Assembly: GCA_951406725.2 (NCBI GenBank)
Contig: OX597824.1
Location: 3,348,001-3,412,000 of the forward strand
Direction: 5' to 3'
DNA length: 64,000 nt
Origin: Octopus vulgaris
Taxonomy: Eukaryota
In this document: positions 52,990 to 64,000 of the stretch, piece by piece
Numbering within the stretch: the stretch's first letter is position 1
How the letters are laid out: each line of letters begins with the position of its first letter
Made by a program: the position numbers and the translations under genes
The notes under the pieces: generated by a model
What the model was told of the DNA's origin: nothing
Database searches by the model: none
What the model saw: only the letters and a program-made list of their open reading frames with translations

Positions 52990-53905
52990 ATACATGCATA
53001 CATACATATATATACATATATACACGCACATACAAACATACATACATACAATACATACATACATACATACATACATATACATACATACATACACACATAC
53101 ATACATACATGCATACATACAACACATACGACACATACATACATACATGATACATATATACATACATACGTACATACAATACAATACATACATACAAACA
53201 ACACATACATACATTCATACATACATACATACATACATACATACATACAAACGACACATACATACATACATACACACATACATACACACATACATACACA
53301 CATACATACATACATACATACAATACATACATACAAACAACACATACATGCATACATACATACATACATACATACATACATACATACATACATACATACA
53401 TACATACATACATACATACAATACATACATACAAACAACACATACATACATACATACATACATACATACATACATACATACATACATACATACATACAAT
53501 ACATACATACATACATACATACATACATACATACATACATACATACATACATACATACATACATACATACATACATACATACATACATACATACATACAT
53601 ACAATACATACATACAAACAACACATACATACATACATACATACATACATACAATACATACATACAAACAACACATACATACATACATACATACATACAT
53701 ACATACATACATACATACATACATACATACATACATACAATACATACGTACATACATACATACATACATACATACATACATACATACATACATACATACA
53801 TACATACATACATACATACATACATACAATACATACATACATACATACATACATACATACATACATACATACATACATACAATACATACATACATACACA
53901 CACAC
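52990..53905. repeat. About 0.9 kb (CATA)n microsatellite
   Basis: Seen directly. Confidence 0.95.
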
Positions 53906-54528
53906 TTATTGATTTATGTCCTATGAGTAAGAAAGAATTGCTCAGAATATGTCATGGAGAATACGTTTTTTTTTTTGTTTTTTGTTTTTTCGTTTTTTAA
54001 AAGGAAACTGAAAGTTTGTCTTCCGACTTGGATTCCATGTCCGTCTCACCATCTGAAGAGTTCTTGTCAGAAGATCACGGTGAAACTCGAGTTGAATGCC
54101 AGACTTTTTACTTCAATTTGCTGGAGCAGATTTCTCAGAATACAAAAAAATCAACAACATTGGTTGTGTGATGGTATTGCTAATTTAGAATCATCATCAT
54201 TACACTCACATACACACACACACACACACACAATGCACACACACACACATACATATGCATACATAACAGGCTTCTTTCAGTTTCCTTCAACCAAATCCTC
54301 TCACAAGGTTTTTCAACGCCTGGATCTACTGCAGAAGATACTTGTCCAATGTGCCATGCAGTGGGACTGAACCCAAGACCACATGATTGGGAAACAAGCT
54401 TCTCAACCATGCAACCATGTGCCTCAAAAAAAAAAAAATATATATATATATACACACATACATACATATATATATATTGACATATATATATATACATACA
54501 AACATATATATATATATATGTATGTATG

Positions 54529-54576
<48 letters not shown>

Positions 54577-54581
<5 letters not shown>

Positions 54582-55280
54582 CAAAAAAAGGGACAACAAA
54601 ACATCCAGACAGATGATACAAAGAAAACAAGGATGGGTCATTCGAAGTTTTCCTTCCTCAGTTGAGTTACAAAATATCTTTGCAATTTCGGCTGGTTATA
54701 CTCAAGATTGCTCCAATCTGGCCAGCCCCAAAGAAAAACTAAACTAAGAGCATTAGATTACTTGGAAGAAAGCAGCGAACGTATACAAAAACAAGGACTG
54801 AAAAAAAACAGAGAATGTTACACAAATACAAATAACAGCACATAACAACAGGTGTCTTTCAACTAAGGACGAATTAAATTAATCTGTCCGTGCAACATCT
54901 ATATTCCTCCCTGTGCCTGTGAAATCTTGTACCCCTGCCATAAGGCTTTACTTCTACATATGCCAGCTTAATTTAATTCATCCTTAGTCGAAAGACACCT
55001 GTTGTTATGTCCTGTTATTTGCATTTGTATAACATTCTCCGATATTTTCAGCCCTTGTTTTGGGATACATTCACTGCTTTCTTCCAAGGAATCTAATGCT
55101 CTTAGCTTAGTTTTTCCTTGGGGCAGGCCAGATTAGAGCAATCTCGAGTATAACCAGCTGAAATTGCAAAGATAATCTGGAACTTGACTGAGGAAAGAAA
55201 ACTCCGAATGATCCGTCCTTGTTTTCTTTGTCTCGTCTATCTGGATGTTTGGTGTTCTTGTCCCATTTTGTATTATATAT
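54577..55280. mobile_element. Foldback element with about 310-bp inverted arms, in a (TA)n tract
   Basis: 54577-54886 is the reverse complement of 54964-55280 with scattered mismatches; about 77-bp spacer. Confidence 0.85.
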
Positions 55281-55537
55281 ATATCATCATCATCATCATC
55301 ATTTAATGCCCGTTTTCCATGCTAACATGTGTTAGACAGTTCGACCGGGGTCTGGGAAGCCAAGAGGCTGCACCAGGCTCCAGTCTGATCTGGCAGAGTT
55401 TCTACAGATGGATGCCCTTCCTAACACCAACCACTCCAAGAGTGTAGTAGGTGCTTTTTACGTGCCACCAGCACAGGAGCCAGTCAAGGCGGCGCTGGCA
55501 TCGACCATGTTCGGATGATGCTTTTTACATACACACA

Positions 55538-55598
<61 letters not shown>

Positions 55599-55624
55599 AT
55601 ACCTATTTGTGTGTGTATATACAA

Positions 55625-55679
<55 letters not shown>

Positions 55680-56142
55680 ACACATACATTGTTTAGCAGT
55701 TAGGTATATATACCTCCATACACACATATGTTTCAAGCTGTCGGCTACAGCTTTGTGCTTGATAAGCTGAAATTTTGCAAAATTGTCAAATCTTTTGAAA
55801 GGGAAGGTCACAGAAATTCTGTGACTTTCTGATATCTTCTAAAACAAACAAATACAAAACCAAGAACGCATTACATAGCTGCAGGCATTGCAACAGAGAT
55901 AAGGAAAAATACCACTGATTGCAAAAATAATTTATTTACAGTAATTATGGAAATTTGGTCAGGTTTTTCAAAGGAAAAAGAAAATGGCATGTTTTTCTCA
56001 GAAAATAAAATAAAAAATTGTAAGATTAAAATTCTAATGTTGCTTCTATATTTATTTCTGTGTTTATTTCATTTGTGTGTTGCATTTGTGCATGCGGTAG
56101 GTGTATGCGTGTTTGTGTGCTTGTGTGTGTGTGTATCTATAT

Positions 56143-56178
<36 letters not shown>

Positions 56179-56380
56179 GGGCATGCATATGAAGTGCAGC
56201 TTGACTTATCTACTGAACTGGTTCAATGCAGCAAATCGACTTCTCCGTTTCCCAAAAGAATCTTGATTCCAAGAAGAAATACACTTCCCTCCTTAAGTGT
56301 TTAAAGAGCCAAAATATAAAGGTTGAGGCCATCAGGAAAGGCATCTGGCTGTAAAAAGTACACTATGTCTCACTGTGTGG

Positions 56381-58221
<1,841 letters not shown>

Positions 58222-58435
58222 TTTAAGGTCCACTTTTCCATGCCTGGAGTTTCTTGAGACAGATTTTCAACAGGTGGATGCATTTCTTGTTGCCAACCTT
58301 CACCTATTCACAAGTAAGATGATATTTCCTAGACATCCTTTTTGCAGAATATTGGAAAAGAATGTCGTTTATTTAAGACAACCACGTGATATCAAGACAA
58401 GAACGCACAAACATTCATGCACACACACACACACA

Positions 58436-58760
58436 CACAACCAGCCAGATATTGTTGTGTAGAACAACAAAAAAAATGTTCTGTTGTGGAAATCAACTGC
58501 CCCTTGGACATGAATGTGGTTAGAAAAATAGCAGAGAAAGAGGACATCTATGGACCATTGATAAGGAATTTGCAAATCCAGTCTCCAGGATACACTTTCA
58601 GCTTCATGACTGTTATTAATGGAGCAACAGGATACATACCGACCCATCTGGAGCAAAGTATGGCTGAACTTGGAATCTTGAGGAATTATAAACTACAAAT
58701 GACTACAATATCAGCAACAATAAAAATCTGCAAGTTCTTCTGAAGATTTAAAAGTTGGTG
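58436..58760 (+). mobile_element. R4/Dong-type RLE fragment, close paralog of 505-830
   Basis: KKCSVVEINCPLDMNVVRKIAEKEDIYGPL. Confidence 0.75.
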
Positions 58761-59241
58761 AAGAAAATAGATGCATTCTTAAACAACTTTGCTACGAAAT
58801 GATACCCAGAAGCAAATTGCCAGTTTTTGGGGCCATTGTCTGGTTATTTTGCTCAGTGACGGTCACTAGCACTCTGCTGGTTCACCAACCAATTTTGTCT
58901 GACAAAAGGGTCTTAACATGTGACCACCAGGCACTGCTCAATCATGGGGACAGAGCTTTGGGACATAAAAAAAAATATTTTATCCAAGAATTACATTTCC
59001 AAACATGAGGCATTGTCTGCTGCAAAATAAGGAGATTGGGGGTCTATTCATGGATGGGTTTCTACAACTGTGAATTGAAGAAAATTTTTAAATAGGAAAA
59101 AGCAATCCACTTTAAACAATGGAATAACTGTCACTGTTCAACCCTAGGTCAGACCTGATTGAGTAGACCGAAGATCAAAAGCATTCCAGCAGTGACCATC
59201 TCGTTTTAGAGCTATGTAGGACTGCATTTATATTTGGCTAA

Positions 59242-59471
59242 TTAAACTTTTTAGCCTTCTCATTAATCAGTCAAATGTAATAACTTATTTATTCACATTG
59301 TTTTTAATTATTCATGCATTATCTCATAGCTTTCAGACTTTTGATAGTGTGTGAGTTTCTTTTTAGAATGACATTGTAGGGTAGGTGTGAAAAGTTGGAT
59401 CTAGCTTCTATTGACATAAACAAGTAGAATATTTGGATTAGCCATGGCTTGTTTAAATGCTAAAGGGCTAA
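59242..59471. mobile_element. Degenerate piggyBac-like MITE
   Basis: ttaaactttttagc ... gctaaagggctaa termini resemble TTAA-CCCTTTAGC inverted repeats. Confidence 0.35.
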
Positions 59472-59790
59472 GTCAGTAGGATGGGATTTGAGGAAGATTT
59501 GGCTGCTCTTTCAAGTAGGCCAGAAGAATTGTATAACAGATTGAGGATTAGTTAATTGCAATAAAGATCATAAATTGTCTTTGTTGCATCGAATGCAAAG
59601 GATTCCACTAGTTTCCATTTTCCGAAACACCCACGACTTGATGAACAATTGATTTCTCTTACATATAATTAATTTAATATAATTAATTACCCAAGAGGTT
59701 TCTCTTTCCTGTTCGTGGTTTACAGCTTTGTAAAATCTTATTAAAAACTCTCTTATTAATCTTATTACTGTTAACATTATTTTGCTCTTT

Positions 59791-59863
<73 letters not shown>

Positions 59864-60282
59864 TATCTGCTCCACCCCTCTCTCTCTGTAAATGTTTTTT
59901 TTTTACTAAAACCATTGATTAACAGCTGTTCAAGTAGCATGTTAACCACATTGATCTGATTGGTCAAAGAGGGTTTGCAAAGGCCTTGAATTGAGCAGCT
60001 TCTTTTGGGCTAAACTAATTAAAAAAACTGATATAATTAAACAGCATTTCAACTCTGCGTGAGTATGTGTGTGTGTGTGTGCGCACGCGCGCGTGTGTGT
60101 GTGTACAAGGGAGGTGTGTGAATGTTTGTATCTGTGACAATTATGTATCTTTTTTTACCTTATTTATATATAAAATACTATAATTGGCTGTCATTTTTGA
60201 CATCATGGGCCAGCTATAACAAAACAATTGTTACTTATATTTCAGATATTTATTTATATTTTTAAAATATATATATAAATAA

Positions 60283-60346
<64 letters not shown>

Positions 60347-60363
60347 ATATGTAGGTAGGTATA

Positions 60364-61430
60364 TCATCATCATCATCATCATTATCATTTAACGTCTGCC
60401 TTCCATGCTAGCATGGGTTGGACGATTTAACTGAGGACTGGCGAATCAGATGGTTGCACCAGGCTCCAATTCTTGATCTGGAAGAGTTTCTACTGCCGGA
60501 TGCCCTTCCTAATGCCAACCATTCCAAGAGCGTAGTGGGTGCTTTTACATGCCACTGGCATGAGGACCAGTTAGGGGGTACTGGCAACGGCCACGCTCAA
60601 GTGGTGCTTTTTATGTACTACCTGCACAGGAACCAGTCCAGCGGCACTGGCAACGACCTCGCTTGAATGTTTTTTCACATGCCACCGGCACAAATGCCAA
60701 TAAGACGATGATGGTAATGATCACACTCGAATGGTGCTTTTTACGTGCCACCAGCACGGAAGCCAGTCAGCTGCTCTGGCAACAATCACTCTCAGATGGT
60801 GTTCTTAGCGCTCCACTAGCACAGATACCAGTCATCGAATTTGATTTCGATTTCACTTGCCTCGACAGATCTTCGCAAGCAGAGTTTAGCGTCCAGTGAA
60901 GGAAAGGTACACATAAGTGGGCTGGTTACATCCCACAGGCATAAGACATTAGGTTATGGTCTCACTTGGTTTGCTGGGTCTTCTCAACCACAGCACATTT
61001 CCAAAGGTCTCGGTTACTAGTCATTGCCTCAGTGAGGCCTAATGTTCAAAGGTCATGCTTCACCACCTCATCCCAGGTCTTCCTGGGTCTACCTCTTCCA
61101 AAAGTTCTCTCAACCGCTAGAGTGTGGCACTTTTTCACACAACTATCCTCATTTATTCTCGTCACATGATCATACCAGTGCAGTCGTCTCTCTTGCACAC
61201 CACATCTAGGTCCAACTTTTCTCTCAAAGTACTTACACTCTGTTGAGTGTGCACACTGACATTACACATCCATCGGAGCATACTGGCTTCATTCCTTGCA
61301 AGATTACGCATGTCCTCAGCAGTCACAGCCCATGTTTCACTGCCATGTAGCATGGCTGTTCATACACATACAGTCAACCTTTTACTCTGAGTGAGAGACC
61401 CTTTGTCACCAGCAGAGGTAAGAGCTCCCT
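60364..61430 (-). mobile_element. RTE-clade LINE 3' end (ORF C-terminus, 3' UTR and (ATG)n tail)
   Basis: MLHGSETWAVT.ED...RNEASMLRWMCNV motif. Confidence 0.88.
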
Positions 61431-61678
61431 GGATGAATGGGTTTATCTTTTGGTATCTTGTGTCACTAAAGTATAAAAAGTATGTTTTTTTTTTTAAAGA
61501 GCATTTTTATGTAGATTTTTTAAAACTTCTAGGAGACCACCTTCATGAAATATCACCGTATAGGATGTGGTCTCCTTGAGCGCATGGCCCCCTAGGGCAC
61601 AGGGCCCAATACGCCCTGTATATATATTTTATTCCTTGTTAAGCTGTAAATTTTCCCTGTCTAAAATATTTATACCTT

Positions 61679-61754
61679 GTCTCTGATGATGGAATACCCA
61701 GTGTGTGGACATGCTAACCAACCACTTGGGTTCTCCCAGAAACAGCTGTAAGAC
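61679..61754 (+). ncRNA. Type I hammerhead ribozyme motif (Penelope/retrozyme type)
   Basis: gtct CTGATGA [tgg..cccagtg..cacttggg..cca] GAAAC agct GTA agac: complete core, stems I and II, palindromic stem III. Confidence 0.7.
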
Positions 61755-61994
61755 TTCAAATTCACCTTACTCTAATTAAATCATCCTAAATGACTTGAGA
61801 TACTTGTTCTGCCTTCGTTTTTGATTTTTTCCTCAATTATAATATGTACCTGCTATAACAGAACCTTAATATGGATCCCTATCTCCAGCCTTAGCTGTTA
61901 ACTTGGAACCTAACGGATGACCAATTACAGCACTTACTCAGAGTACCTATTCGTTAAGATCACAAGTGAACTAAACCTCTCATATTCTATCCCT

Positions 61995-62935
61995 TGGCCC
62001 ATCAGGAATCTACGCTGAGATGCTTAAAATATCTGGTGGTGTAGGCTCTGGCCTAGTCATCTGTATTGTAAACCAGGTAGTTCATAATGGAGTCATACCC
62101 AACGACTGGCATAGCAGCACCATAGTCAACTGCCACAAAGGTAAAGGTGATGCTTTAGATAGAAATAACTACAGGGGTATCAAACTACTGGATCAGGTGA
62201 TGGAGGTCAAAGAGAGGGTCATAGCCCATCTCATTAGGGAGAGAGTCTGCTTAGATGAGATGCAGTTCGGTTTAGTGTCAGGTAGAAGCACCACTGATGC
62301 TATATTTCTGGTACGGTAACAGCAGGAGAAATACCTAGCCAAAGATAAACCCTTATATTTGGCTTTTGTGGACTTGGTGAAAGCCTCTGACAGGGTTCCC
62401 CGATCCCTTATTTGGTGGGCGATGTAGAAATTGGGGTTTGATGAATGGTTAATACGGACTGTACAGGCCCTATACAGAGATGCTGTCAGTAGGGTTAGGA
62501 TTGGAAATGAGTATAGTGAAGAATTCCGGGTAGAAGTAGGGGTCCACCAAGGATCAGCCTTCAGCCCCCTCTTATTCATCATAGTTCTCTAGGCAATAAC
62601 AGAGGAATTCAAGACAGGTTGCCTCTGGGAACTCCTCTATGCTGATGACCTGGTCCTCATAGCAGAATCACTGCCAGAACTAGAGAAGAAACTTCAAATT
62701 TGGAAGCAAGGTTTAGAATTGAAGGGCCTTAGAGTCAATGTTACAAAGACCAAAGTTCTAGTAAGTAGGACGGCAAACACATCATATCTCCCTTTAGGTA
62801 GGTGGCCCTGCTCAATCTGTAGAAAAGTGTAGGTAGAAATTCCATAAGATGTACCCAGTGTAAGGTATGGGCACATAAGAGGTGCAGCAACATCAAAGGA
62901 AGATTAGCCGGGAAGATAGCTTTCATGTGCAGCAT
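61995..62935 (+). mobile_element. RTE-clade LINE reverse transcriptase fragment (with stops)
   Basis: IPNDW..S.IV..HKGKGDALDRNNYRGIKLL...QFG...GRSTTDAIF; GVHQGSAFSPLLF; LLYADDLVL. Confidence 0.9.
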
Positions 62936-63120
62936 GTTGTAATAGTTTTGTGGTATGTCCTTTTAATGTTTTATCAACTCAAATCTTTATTACACCAATG
63001 TATTATAACTTTTAAATCTAAAATTCACTGTGCTTTATGTATCATATCGATATTTATATGTATTTTTAAATTTATATATTTGGAATTTTTATATGAACTT
63101 TATAAATGTAGAAGAATATA

Positions 63121-63170
<50 letters not shown>

Positions 63171-63383
63171 ATTTTGAGTGTGGTTATTAATTATGTTCTT
63201 CTAATTTTCCACTTGTATTGCCTCCATTCAGATTATTAAACGGAATATAGCTCACTTGGAGCACTGCAACTCCAGTCTGTATTTTATTTGCGATTATTGT
63301 TAATATTAGCAATCTCAAAATAAAGCTGTGTATTTCATATATATATGTATATATATATACACACAAACACATATATATATACA

Positions 63384-63433
<50 letters not shown>

Positions 63434-64000
63434 CACATATACATACATACAAATGTTTATACACACACACACACACACATGTCAGTATGCTGAAGGCAAT
63501 TGAAGAATTGATTAATTGCAACACAGTTATTAATAAGAGATGAGATTAGTTGTTGGAGCAAACAATATTTATTTCTTATTGCTCGCAAACAGCACTTATA
63601 AATACAGCATAATGGAGTTTATTACTGTAATAAAATATGACAAAACAGACAACGTATTTATATTTTTATGGCTTCGTCAGAAGGAAGAACAGCAATGTCA
63701 GTGACTTTTTCCATGGCCTCAGAGACTAGTTGTAAGCAGGGTCAAAAATTATTCTTAGCCAATCAATCCACGCTGAATGCTTGCAATGCAATGAATTCTG
63801 CAGAAAGCATTCATAAGCCTGTCTGTAGAGTTAAACCAAGTAGAATATAATACCCAAGATCAGAGTCTTTAGTACAATCCTTTCTACACAGTTTCACTCT
63901 GGAGTTAACCTGATGCTATACCACACAATAAGACTGAATCCAAAACCATATATTTGTAAAATGAACCGCATGGCCATGCCTGGATAATTAATATAATTGG

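Overview
Eukaryotic, AT-rich and very repeat-dense genomic DNA. The SINE/LINE repertoire looks like an Octopus (coleoid cephalopod) genome; this is inferred from repeat recognition, not from a search. One protein-coding gene can be assembled by hand: a minus-strand pancreatic-lipase-family gene (N-terminal alpha/beta hydrolase plus C-terminal PLAT domain). It has 8 phase-compatible GT-AG coding exons from 30384 down to a TGA at 10287 (1391 nt) and an intact Ser-Asp-His triad; its ATG/signal-peptide exon was not found. The rest is microsatellites (including about 1.8 kb of (CAT)n and several 0.3-1.4 kb (CATA)n tracts), tRNA-derived SINEs, RTE, CR1/L2 and R4/Dong-type LINE relics, Penelope-like relics, DD37D maT transposon relics, hAT MITEs, Helitron-like elements and several long inverted repeats. 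Most long ORFs in the ORF track are microsatellite artefacts. The most notable non-genic signals are several hammerhead-ribozyme motifs of the Penelope/retrozyme type (one apparently intact at 61679-61754), repeated insertion of Dong/R4-type elements into (TAA)n tracts, and a 125-bp minisatellite born from a LINE 3' end.
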